A stretch of 64,000 nt of DNA from Nitrospinales bacterium (GTDB lineage: Bacteria; Nitrospinota; Nitrospinia; Nitrospinales; VA-1), in the NCBI GenBank assembly GCA_965223345.1, contig CBDCWG010000012.1:2400001-2464000 (forward strand). The letters run 5' to 3'. The notes below the pieces were generated by a model. That model saw only the letters and a program-made list of their open reading frames with translations, did no database searches and had not been told where the DNA came from. Both the position numbers and the translations under genes were made by a program. Of this stretch, positions 8,467-17,174 are shown piece by piece. Positions within the stretch are counted from its first letter, which is position 1. Every line of letters begins with the position of its first letter.

Positions 8467-10092
8467 ATGGTTCACTTCATCCTTTCTCGTCGAAAATATC
8501 AGATGCTAAGCACTTTTATCATTGGGGCCTGTTTGCTCTTTCTGAGTCCTCAAATCGGGTGGACGGTTACAGAGCGGGAGGCTCAGCTGCAATCTGAAAT
8601 CACCGTATTTTATAATAGCGGTCAGTACAAAAAAGCGCTTCCATTGGCAGCGGAGCTGCTTGAATTGAAGAAAGATATCTATGGCGCTGACCATCGGGAA
8701 GTTGCATCCCTCTTGAACAACATTGGAGATATTCATTTCAAGAGCGAAAATTATTCGGAAGCCGAGATCAATTACCTACGGGCTTTAAAACTGTCACAAA
8801 AAATATTTGGAACCTACCACGCCCAGGTTGCCATCAACCTGCATAGCCTGGGCGATGTTTACAGGGAAGCCGGCGTCTTCCCCCGATCCGAGAAGTTTTA
8901 TCAGCTTGCGATAGGGGTCCGCGAAAACACTTTGGGGGTGTATCACCAAAACGTGGCGAACTCCCTCAATAATCTTGCAGAACTTTATAAAAACCAAAAG
9001 TTATATAAAAAAGCCGAGCCCCTTTACAGGCGTTCTTTGGAAATTTTCGACAGCGCCCTTGAGCCCGGCCACCGCCATACCGCCATCGTTCTGAACAATC
9101 TCTCGAATCTGTACCAGACTCGTGGAGAATACAGCAAGGCCCTGCAGTTTTATGAGCGGTTCATAAAGAAGAGCGAACAAAGGCGTTCTTTTAGCCAGCA
9201 TGGTGGGATCGGCAGTACGCCTTCATTCAACTATCCAAGAGTGGTCGCATTGCAAAACCAGGACGGAGATCCGGGGAACGCAAGCGGCATCATGGCCATA
9301 TTTGAAACGGATAGTTTTGACTATGTTGACCCGGAGGGATATGAACTCTTGAACAGCTCTCAAGAAAATCGAGCTCAGGATCCCTTTGAGAAATATGCGG
9401 GGCTCGGCTCCACAATCCATGAACAAAAAATGGATTTCAAATTCTATAAGAAAAAGGCAAAAGAGGTGAAAAAGGAGCAGGTCGCCAGCCTGGGTACCAC
9501 TTCAACAAATATAGAGTTGAAAGATGTGAGCCTGAAACCTGTGCTGAAAGGTCTATACCGGGAAAGTCTTTCGGTCAATCCGCAAGCGGGTGTCAGGGAA
9601 AATAAAGCCCTTTCAACAGAATCGGGAAGCACTTCCGGTGAGATCCCTAATAACCGGCCCTCCGGTGAAACCGGGAAACGCTGGAAAGGACATGATAAAG
9701 GCGATTCTTATAAAGAAAGGAGAAATGAAAACCGTAAGGAAGCGAAAGAGGTCGCCAAATACACAAGGGAAAAGCCCAAAGAAAACCTGAAAGCGGCGAA
9801 GGAAGCAGCCAAGAAAGCAAAAAAAGAAGCCAAGAAGGTAGCGAAGGAATCCAAAAAGGCCGCGAAGGAAGCTGCCAAGGAAGCCAAAAAGGCCGCGAAA
9901 GAAGCGGCCAAGGAAGCCAAAAAGGCGGCCAAGGAAGCCAAAAAGGCGGCCAAGGAAGCTGCCAAGGAAGCTGCCAAGGAAGCCAAAAAGGCCGCTAAGG
10001 AAGCGGCCAAGGAAGCCAAAAAAGCGGCAAAAAAAGCGGCAAAAGAATCCTCCAAGGAGGCAGTCAAGAATTCCAAGAAGGGAAAAGGGTGA
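8467..10092 (+). CDS. Exported TPR protein with histone-H1-like Lys/Ala-rich tail
   Basis: Kinesin-light-chain-like TPRs (H..VA.SLNNLA.LY) and C-terminal KEAAKEAKKAA repeats. Confidence 0.8.
   Translation: MVHFILSRRKYQMLSTFIIGACLLFLSPQIGWTVTEREAQLQSEITVFYNSGQYKKALPLAAELLELKKDIYGADHREVASLLNNIGDIHFKSENYSEAEINYLRALKLSQKIFGTYHAQVAINLHSLGDVYREAGVFPRSEKFYQLAIGVRENTLGVYHQNVANSLNNLAELYKNQKLYKKAEPLYRRSLEIFDSALEPGHRHTAIVLNNLSNLYQTRGEYSKALQFYERFIKKSEQRRSFSQHGGIGSTPSFNYPRVVALQNQDGDPGNASGIMAIFETDSFDYVDPEGYELLNSSQENRAQDPFEKYAGLGSTIHEQKMDFKFYKKKAKEVKKEQVASLGTTSTNIELKDVSLKPVLKGLYRESLSVNPQAGVRENKALSTESGSTSGEIPNNRPSGETGKRWKGHDKGDSYKERRNENRKEAKEVAKYTREKPKENLKAAKEAAKKAKKEAKKVAKESKKAAKEAAKEAKKAAKEAAKEAKKAAKEAKKAAKEAAKEAAKEAKKAAKEAAKEAKKAAKKAAKESSKEAVKNSKKGKG
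9790..10070 (+). repeat. Intragenic low-complexity tandem repeat encoding (K)EAAK/EAKKAAK
   Basis: Repeated gccaaggaagccaaaaaggc units. Confidence 0.9.
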
Positions 10093-10263
10093 AAAGCCAC
10101 TTCCCAGTATCATCTTATGCAGGCAGGGAAGTCTTAAAAAGCAGGTAACGTATCCTGACCAAAGGGAGCGAGTGTGGAGTTAGAAGATTCAGAAAACCAC
10201 TTTTCAAAGATAGGCTCAAAGGATGGCTTCGCATCCTTTTTATTTTTCAAGAATAAGGTCTGG

Positions 10264-11184
10264 ATGAGCCCGCTTTTGAAATATTCGGGTCTTTCCGCGA
10301 TCGTTCTGTTTTTATTTCTTTGCGTTCCTGCCGGAATTATGGCGGAGGACAATGAAGACAAGCCCTGGGGGCTTGGCGCCAGTGTCGGTCTGGAGTTCGA
10401 TGACAATTTGACCCGTATCGAACAGGACATCGTATCCGGGGATTCAGACCATGCTTACGTCTTCGAGGCCTATGGAAGTTACCGGTTCTGGGAACGGGCG
10501 GGGCTCGAACTTGAGGCGGGTTACGACTTTTACCAGAGTCTTTACGACGACAGAACCGATTTTGACTTCCAGTCGCACAGTTTCAACATTTCCGCTGCGC
10601 AGGACGCCGGCAAACTGGATTTTGGGGCCGATTACAGCTACATCTATACCACGCTGGGCGGGGATGATTTTTTAGGGCTGCATCTGTTCATCCCCCGGGT
10701 CGGAATTTCGATCACCCCGAAATTGTACACGGACATCAACTACATATTGCAGGGTAAGAATTTTTTCGAGGACGACGACCGGGACGCCGTTAATCATTCC
10801 GTAGGGATCACCCAGTTTTTGTTTTTTATGGAAAGCCGGGCCTACGTGAATGCGGGTTTTCGCCTGGAGGTGGAGGATGCGGATGGAGATGAATTCGACT
10901 ACTTCGGGCCTGTTCTCAAACTGGGTGTCAAACTGCCGGGGCCCTGGGAAACGATATGGAAAGCCGCATGGAAGTACCAGTTCCGCGACTACAATGATAT
11001 TACCCCGAGCATCGGAGAGGAGCGGGAAGACAAAATAAATACCTTTCAATTGTCTGCCGTCAAACCCCTTGCAAAAATATTGGATCTCAAGCTCGAATAT
11101 GAGCACATTGCCAGTGATTCCAACCTTCCCGTTGTGGACTTCAGCGAAAATATCGTCACACTGACGCTTGCAGCCCATTTTTAA
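10264..11184 (+). CDS. Outer-membrane beta-barrel protein (DUF560/Slam-like or similar)
   Basis: Signal peptide, alternating aromatic beta-strands, DDN near N-terminus, C-terminal Phe. Confidence 0.7.
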   Translation: MSPLLKYSGLSAIVLFLFLCVPAGIMAEDNEDKPWGLGASVGLEFDDNLTRIEQDIVSGDSDHAYVFEAYGSYRFWERAGLELEAGYDFYQSLYDDRTDFDFQSHSFNISAAQDAGKLDFGADYSYIYTTLGGDDFLGLHLFIPRVGISITPKLYTDINYILQGKNFFEDDDRDAVNHSVGITQFLFFMESRAYVNAGFRLEVEDADGDEFDYFGPVLKLGVKLPGPWETIWKAAWKYQFRDYNDITPSIGEEREDKINTFQLSAVKPLAKILDLKLEYEHIASDSNLPVVDFSENIVTLTLAAHF

Positions 11185-11294
11185 TTTGCCAATGTAAAAA
11201 TCTCCCTCCCGCTTACACCGCCTGCATAAAGAAAAAATCCAGACAATGGCACTTCGGCCAATAGTTTCCTATTCCATCAAAAAAAACAAAGAAA

Positions 11295-11324
11295 AAGGGC
11301 CTATGGATTTTTCCATAAGCCCTT
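11295..11324 (-). terminator. Hairpin/terminator downstream of tRNA-Pro remnant 1
   Basis: AAGGGC.TATGGA-TTTT-TCCATA.GCCCTT; T-run follows on minus strand. Confidence 0.65.
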
Positions 11325-11325
11325 A

Positions 11326-11364
11326 AAAATGCTGGCCAGGATGAGTGGATTGCAGCCTCCGGCC
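11326..11364 (-). mobile_element. Degenerate tRNA-Pro 3'-end copy (att-like scar 1)
   Basis: 32/39 identity by manual ungapped alignment to 19431-19469, same orientation. Confidence 0.75.
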
Positions 11365-11399
11365 TGCGGGGCCGGATCCGATCAAACTGTCAGTGACAA

Positions 11400-11732
11400 T
11401 CAGTCCTGCGAGATTCTGGGTGCGGGGCCGTCACCCACCTTTCCAATGACACCGCTACTACCGGAGCCGGAGGGAGTTTTGGAGACCTGTCCTGTCGATG
11501 ATGATTTTAGAAGTTTGCTGGTTGCTTTCGTTCCTCCGCTTGTTATGGTCACACCGGTTCTGTTTTTGATTCTCTTGTTGTCCACTTTGACCTTTTTTTT
11601 GTGGGGAAAAGGGTCTCTGATGCTTTCGGAATTTTCACTCCCTTGACCTGTCGGACCAAAGGCGCTGGCGTTTGCAATAAAAAATGCTGTAACCAGGAAC
11701 AGGATGGCGGCTGCAACGAAGGATTTTTGCAT
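11400..11732 (-). CDS. Small secreted basic, Ser/Gly/Lys-rich hypothetical protein
   Basis: Signal peptide ending ASA; AGAGG SD. Confidence 0.6.
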   Translation of the reverse strand: MQKSFVAAAILFLVTAFFIANASAFGPTGQGSENSESIRDPFPHKKKVKVDNKRIKNRTGVTITSGGTKATSKLLKSSSTGQVSKTPSGSGSSGVIGKVGDGPAPRISQD

Positions 11733-11940
11733 TAGAATGACCTCTGTTTGAGTCGTATTGTCAGGTTGTTTAAAGTTCCATTGTTTGGACTGTTCAATGA
11801 TCTTGCATCATGCCTGCCTCTGAGGCTGAATCCGCTCGCAAACCATTTTCAGCCTGTTTTTTTGCCAGCCTGACAATTCTACCATTGTCACTCCCAATAA
11901 AAAAATGGGTCACAGCGTAAACCTTAACCCATTGAATTAA

Positions 11941-11989
11941 TAGTCATTATGGGGGGATTGGGGCCTCCGGTCCCTTTGTACCGAACGAA
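11941..11989 (-). mobile_element. Degenerate tRNA-Pro 3'-half copy reaching the anticodon arm (att-like scar 2)
   Basis: 11949-11989 matches 19446-19486 at 33/41 without gaps; hairpin AATGGGT...ACCCATT adjacent (about 11905-11933). Confidence 0.75.
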
Positions 11990-12274
11990 AAAATGACGAA
12001 ACACAAAGGGCTCTGCCCCCGTTCTATGGGGCATCAGGATGAAGAAAGTAAAAGGGGCGAGAAAAGACGATGTACCGCGCAAGGGGAAATGACACTGGGA
12101 AACATCATTCAACTTCCCGGGAGGAAAAAATGAACGGAAGGGGCTTTCGATCTGCCAGAGTTTTGGCTTTTGGCTCCGGAAGCCATTCAACCCCCAAAAG
12201 TCGAAACCCGAACTTATATGATGGTGCAAGCAACAGGTGCCGGCCATCCTGATTCGTTTAAAGACGCACACTTT

Positions 12275-12601
12275 TTAAGAATCATATTGATCGGGTCGTA
12301 GCACGCTTGCGTCCAATACAAAAAGGGTGCCTGTGTGGCGTTCCAAAAACGGTTTGAGCCCAGACAAAATGGGCTCGAGTTTATCTTCAGGAACGACGGT
12401 TAAAACCATTTGCAGGCTGCTCGTGTCGTTGAACATCAAATGCCCTTCGTGGAATCCGCTATGCCCTTTACCTGATATATTGTTGAAAATGGTATAACCG
12501 CTTGCTTTAATCCGGTCAAGAACGTCCGTCACGAAAGGAAGATGTTCACCTTCAATGATGATCTTAATTTCTTTCATTGGATGAAGTTTTAAGCCGTTCA
12601 T
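12275..12601 (-). CDS. PII-like (SbtB-type) regulator associated with the DAB pump
   Basis: PII fold pattern (IKIIIEG, GYTI, GKGHSG); short T-loop without Tyr; directly follows dabA. Confidence 0.75.
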   Translation of the reverse strand: MNGLKLHPMKEIKIIIEGEHLPFVTDVLDRIKASGYTIFNNISGKGHSGFHEGHLMFNDTSSLQMVLTVVPEDKLEPILSGLKPFLERHTGTLFVLDASVLRPDQYDS

Positions 12602-12631
12602 GATGTTTCTACTCTCCTCGACAAGATTATT

Positions 12632-15600
12632 TTATTGAATGGATTGCCAATCGTCAGGCGATCGAAAGAGGAAAAATTCCATGGCATCGGGGTCCAGGGC
12701 GACAATGTGAAGCCATTGGTTTCTCGTCAATTGTTGCAATATTGTATGTCGAGAAATGATGGCGGCAATCATTTTCAACGGAGCTTCTATTATAACAAAT
12801 AATCGCATCGGTTCGTGGTAAGGCTTCTCGCCATCGAAAACAGTTTGGATGGGAAGCCCGACACAAAGATCGCTTTGCGTGCCAAACATGACGCCTACAC
12901 GACCGACCACATTGTGATACGCTTTGCTTCCCGCTCCATAAACCTTGCAGTCAACGGTAGAAAAATAATGCTCCATGTTGATCCATTGTCCAACGATCAT
13001 TGGAGCGGTCATGATGATTTCCAGATATTTTCCCGCTGGATCCCTTGAATAATCATAGGAATGCAAAAAAGTCCGGCTCTCTAAATTTATCCCCTGAGTC
13101 AACAACCGGCGCCCCGCGATAAAAGCGGTGTGTCGAGAAAGCCCCCATTCCGGTCGAACCTGCGACCAATCTATGCTTCGGGTTTTTGTCCGCTTTAAAG
13201 CACTGAAAGCTCCGTTTAAGTTGGGCTCGTCGGGCATGCGGGCCAATCGTTCCCTGCTGTTTTTTTCGCCAGCTTCTTGCAGATCGCGTTGAAGCCTGAG
13301 CAAATCTCTTCGATGAGTGGCGGGGACGTCTTCCAAATCAAAAAGCTCGACTTCGTCTGTTGTCGTGTCGTGTTGTCCGGGGAGAAAATGCGTGTCCGCG
13401 GGAATCGCCAGGCCTTTGTTGGCCAGAAGCTGTCGAACTTCGAGTTTGTTGGCCATGACGGCAAGGGCTCGCGCGTTGGATGCCCCATGGTTGCCACCGC
13501 ACGCTCCACAATCCAGGGCGGATTCATACGGATTGTTGTCTGAAGTGCTGCCATGCGCGCAAAGCAGGATGAGCCGGGAAAATGTTTTGAACCCTAAAAC
13601 CCTTAAAGCCGTTTCCACGTAATGAGCCTGCTCCGCGACGGTGAGTCCTGCCTGAGTGATTCGTTGCATTCGACGATCCACGTCCCGCTCATTGACATCA
13701 AACTCTCGCCTGATCACATTGACAAATTGTTCAAGATCGGATTGGGTCCAGTGTAACAATTCCTTCAAGTCTTGATTTTCAGGGCTCTCTGTCTGGTTTT
13801 GATTCATCGCCATTTTCCGCAAACGTTCCACCTGTTCGTGAGAAACAGTGGCGCCGAGCGAACCGTATTGCTCAATCAAAAGCCTGTAAATAGCCGCACG
13901 GTGTTTAGAGGCAACCATTTCGTGAGCCTCTTCCCGATCAATTTTGTCCACCGTCAGCGTTGTGCCGATGGGAATGGCAAGACGTTCTTTCAACCATGAG
14001 ACGGCAATTTTGAACCATGCCGGGCGCAACGTCTGCCCAAAAAGCCTGAACCCAAAAAACCAGCCAATGGCTTCCACCATGACATACGGGGTGATGACGT
14101 TTTCTTTTAAATCGTGCAACAACGTGTGGCTTGCTTTGGCGAGTTGTTGTCCCTCTAAAAATTCCTGCGCGGCCTTGGCTTGATAGGCGCGGGGAATTTC
14201 TTTCACCACGTGCTTGGGTTTCAGAAGAACGGGACATTGGTCTGTCAGATGTTCGCTCGAAAACCCTTGGTAACATATTGGAACTCCAAAAAAACCGGCA
14301 AATCCGAACGTTTCATTGCCGCCGACCTCTTCAAGGTGTCTTCTAAAACCTTCCGACCTGACATCGATGCAAAATATGGACTGAGAAAGAGGACGGGATT
14401 CTGCCGGCGTTTCCTCAGGAGTGTCGGCCTTTTTCAGTTTTTCAATATTAGGTGAAATTTGTTTTATAAAATCTTTAATGAAGCTGGATTCCAAAGCCTT
14501 GAGCCAGACGGGTCCATGCTTTGATTCGGAAAATTCCTCAACCCAATCAAGCAAAAGTTCTAATGGCTCGGGACCACCCTTCAAAATATCCTGAATGGTG
14601 ATGTTTAACGATTTGGCAAGATCCAAAACGATCAGGACCTGAACTTCAATTTTTTGGTGTTTTCGAATTTGTACCCATTTTGCAATCACACTGGAATCGC
14701 ATCGATTGAGCTCGCTCATTGGCAAAGGTTCCTGTGTGAGCAGGGACCTATCCAGGTCATCTTCGATTTCCTCTGGCAAGATTCGGGTTTGGTGCTCTTT
14801 GTAGAGGCCATATCCAACAGGGAAATTATTCAGGTAATCCCGTATCGAAGTGTAATTTCCGGGAATGTCTAATTTAGAGTGACAGGCCAAGCCCACCAGC
14901 TCTCTTTCATAAAAGAGCCGCACGGCCATGTACTTAACAAGGTCAATGGGGTAGGCCATTTGCCAATCGTAGTCTACTTGTTGCGAGCGCCATTTAAGGA
15001 GTCCCGTCCATCCGGCTAATTGAGCAAGGTGTAAAGTGAAATAGTCGATCCACATATCTTTCGGAATGGACAACAGAGACAGGCTTTGCAAAATCGCGTC
15101 TTCCGGCCGGTCGGGTAAATTTTTAACTTTGTTTTTCCAGCCGGAGATTCCCAGAAGGGGGCCGAAAGCCTCGTTCTGGGCTAACTCTTTCCAACTGCCG
15201 TAAAAGGTTTTTCCACGCAATGGCATAACCCAGGGGCTATGTCCTTCGTCGAGAAATCCGCTAAGCCATTTGATGAGTTCACTGTTGATTTGATCCTGCA
15301 CATGAGTTCCAAGCGATTTGTCGCACCATTCCGCAAGCGTATATTGTGTTGCCAGCTCTTCCTGCTCGCGGCTCGCATGATCCCGCAGGGATATATTTTG
15401 CTCTTTGTTTTTCGGTAAACCCTGAATCTTCTCAATCAAATCTTTTACTTCCGGTTGATTGTGAGACGATCGCAAAACCGCCGAAGCCACGTCTGTTGCG
15501 ACTTTCCGAGTGCCATTCAACAGAATGGTTTTCAAAAATTCCAGATGAGAAATCGTTTTATCACCTATTTCGATGGCGGCGTCTTTTGATGCGTCCTTTA

Positions 15601-15880
15601 TGGCTTCGTCAAGAGCCTCACCGGTTATTCTCCCTTGCTTAAAGTAATCTCTATAGTATTCGTTGGGTAAATAACCGCGCCCACCCAAAAACCGCTCGGC
15701 TTCGTCAATGGCTTTTTCGAAATGTAAATGTTCCAGGCCATGAAGCGGGTTATGATGGATGAACGTTTTCATCGGCCAGTAATGAGAAATGGGTTCGCCT
15801 GCCAGTTTCACGAACGAACGCAATTCTATTCGCTGGGTCTCAGTGGGTGTCTTCGTGTCTTTAGCGTCCAGGGTTGGCAT
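12632..15880 (-). CDS. dabA: DabA / DUF2309 (UPF0753) beta-carbonic-anhydrase-like subunit of inorganic carbon pump, copy 1
   Basis: WP..FIHHNPLHGLE, FCIDVRSE, CAHGS, LDCGACGG, RPEWGL, HEPMRL. Confidence 0.93.
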   Translation of the reverse strand: MPTLDAKDTKTPTETQRIELRSFVKLAGEPISHYWPMKTFIHHNPLHGLEHLHFEKAIDEAERFLGGRGYLPNEYYRDYFKQGRITGEALDEAIKDASKDAAIEIGDKTISHLEFLKTILLNGTRKVATDVASAVLRSSHNQPEVKDLIEKIQGLPKNKEQNISLRDHASREQEELATQYTLAEWCDKSLGTHVQDQINSELIKWLSGFLDEGHSPWVMPLRGKTFYGSWKELAQNEAFGPLLGISGWKNKVKNLPDRPEDAILQSLSLLSIPKDMWIDYFTLHLAQLAGWTGLLKWRSQQVDYDWQMAYPIDLVKYMAVRLFYERELVGLACHSKLDIPGNYTSIRDYLNNFPVGYGLYKEHQTRILPEEIEDDLDRSLLTQEPLPMSELNRCDSSVIAKWVQIRKHQKIEVQVLIVLDLAKSLNITIQDILKGGPEPLELLLDWVEEFSESKHGPVWLKALESSFIKDFIKQISPNIEKLKKADTPEETPAESRPLSQSIFCIDVRSEGFRRHLEEVGGNETFGFAGFFGVPICYQGFSSEHLTDQCPVLLKPKHVVKEIPRAYQAKAAQEFLEGQQLAKASHTLLHDLKENVITPYVMVEAIGWFFGFRLFGQTLRPAWFKIAVSWLKERLAIPIGTTLTVDKIDREEAHEMVASKHRAAIYRLLIEQYGSLGATVSHEQVERLRKMAMNQNQTESPENQDLKELLHWTQSDLEQFVNVIRREFDVNERDVDRRMQRITQAGLTVAEQAHYVETALRVLGFKTFSRLILLCAHGSTSDNNPYESALDCGACGGNHGASNARALAVMANKLEVRQLLANKGLAIPADTHFLPGQHDTTTDEVELFDLEDVPATHRRDLLRLQRDLQEAGEKNSRERLARMPDEPNLNGAFSALKRTKTRSIDWSQVRPEWGLSRHTAFIAGRRLLTQGINLESRTFLHSYDYSRDPAGKYLEIIMTAPMIVGQWINMEHYFSTVDCKVYGAGSKAYHNVVGRVGVMFGTQSDLCVGLPIQTVFDGEKPYHEPMRLFVIIEAPLKMIAAIISRHTILQQLTRNQWLHIVALDPDAMEFFLFRSPDDWQSIQ

Positions 15881-15925
15881 GGCTTAGGACTGCTGATCTC
15901 TTTAAATAGTTAAATAATAAATGCG

Positions 15926-17161
15926 CTAGTAGAACAGTCCGCTATAACCAGCGCCTAATAATAAAAATGTGATGCCGGCAATTTCAGTTGCCCGCAAATC
16001 AATATAGGGAACATCGGTGCGTGCCGATCCAAAAGTGGTTTGATGAAGCATTTGTATGAAATGCCAGCCTCCTCCCAACCAAACCGCAATGAACATTAAA
16101 AACAGATTGATGAATTTGACATCCAAAGCATTGGCCGTCGGCATGGCTGTCAAGCCGGAAAACGTAGGGAACATTGGAAGAAACAGTGCGAAGCTCACAA
16201 GAAGAACCATCACGGTTCCAAGCCGAGGCATTGGAGAAGCAAGCCCGGGGAGCTTCCCTATGGTTTGCCATCCATACCGTTGTCGAACAAAAGAAAACGC
16301 GAGACAGATGCCGCCTAACACAAAAGCGAGGGCTATGCCAAACGCAATTCCCCACCTGTGAAAATCCGGGAAAACATTGAGCAATCCCCAGACCAGCGAT
16401 GCGTGAGCCACGGTAGCGGCGGCGACGAATAAATTGCTTTGCTTTTGTCCAAGCGCCGCTAAGGAAGAATAAAAGGCGCTGATCAGAGATATCAAGCTTA
16501 TGACGAATAGCGTTTCAGCCGAAAGCGAAGGGTAAATCCTGTTTAATTGCGCAAGCCCAATGGCCAGCCAAGCGACAATCCATAAACTTGAAAGGTTTCC
16601 TTTGGCGCCTTCAATCGTTCCCGAAAATGGGAGATGAAAAGGAAACAGCGGCAAGAAGGTGAAGGCAAGGAACAAGCCGGCAAGCCTTGGCAAGGTATCG
16701 CCGCCTAAGGTGGAAATTAAAGAGAGAACGATGGCAATGGCAAAATGTATAAGAATAAGAATAGTTCGAAATGAACGCTTCTTCTCGCGAGTGAGAGAAA
16801 ATGCGGCGTAACCCAGGAGTCCACATAAAAAAAGCTTGCCTGCAAATCCCTGGCCCAGCAACGCACCCAGGGCCAACCCTGAAGTTATCAGGCTTGAAGG
16901 GAATAATTCCGCAGCCTGGTGCGAATCTTCCTGGCAAAGCATGACGCAAAAACTTGAGAGAAGAACGGCAAAAGCTAAAAAGTGGGTCGCTGGATCAGTT
17001 TCAACAGTAAAGGCCAGGAGTATGCCTAAAGCAACGATCGTCGTCAAACCGATCGGTTTGAGTTTGGAAAACGAGATTTCAGCAGCCTTCCATACAATCC
17101 CCATGACAAGTGGAATGAGGGCGGGAATTATTGGAAGAAAATGTTGATTATCCATCATCAT
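15926..17161 (-). CDS. Degenerate proton-conducting antiporter-like membrane subunit (NuoM/MrpD-like)
   Basis: PLFPFH, RYG....LPGLA..MPR, LP.FPTF remnants; very hydrophobic. Confidence 0.7.
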   Translation of the reverse strand: MMMDNQHFLPIIPALIPLVMGIVWKAAEISFSKLKPIGLTTIVALGILLAFTVETDPATHFLAFAVLLSSFCVMLCQEDSHQAAELFPSSLITSGLALGALLGQGFAGKLFLCGLLGYAAFSLTREKKRSFRTILILIHFAIAIVLSLISTLGGDTLPRLAGLFLAFTFLPLFPFHLPFSGTIEGAKGNLSSLWIVAWLAIGLAQLNRIYPSLSAETLFVISLISLISAFYSSLAALGQKQSNLFVAAATVAHASLVWGLLNVFPDFHRWGIAFGIALAFVLGGICLAFSFVRQRYGWQTIGKLPGLASPMPRLGTVMVLLVSFALFLPMFPTFSGLTAMPTANALDVKFINLFLMFIAVWLGGGWHFIQMLHQTTFGSARTDVPYIDLRATEIAGITFLLLGAGYSGLFY

Positions 17162-17174
17162 TGCCAGTCACGTT

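Noticed and set aside
9790..10070. Possible CRISPR-like array
   Set aside because: In-frame coding repeat with no unique spacers and no cas genes
12075..12200. ACACTGGGAAA resembling a cobalamin riboswitch B12 box
   Set aside because: Other conserved elements not found and no suitably oriented downstream gene
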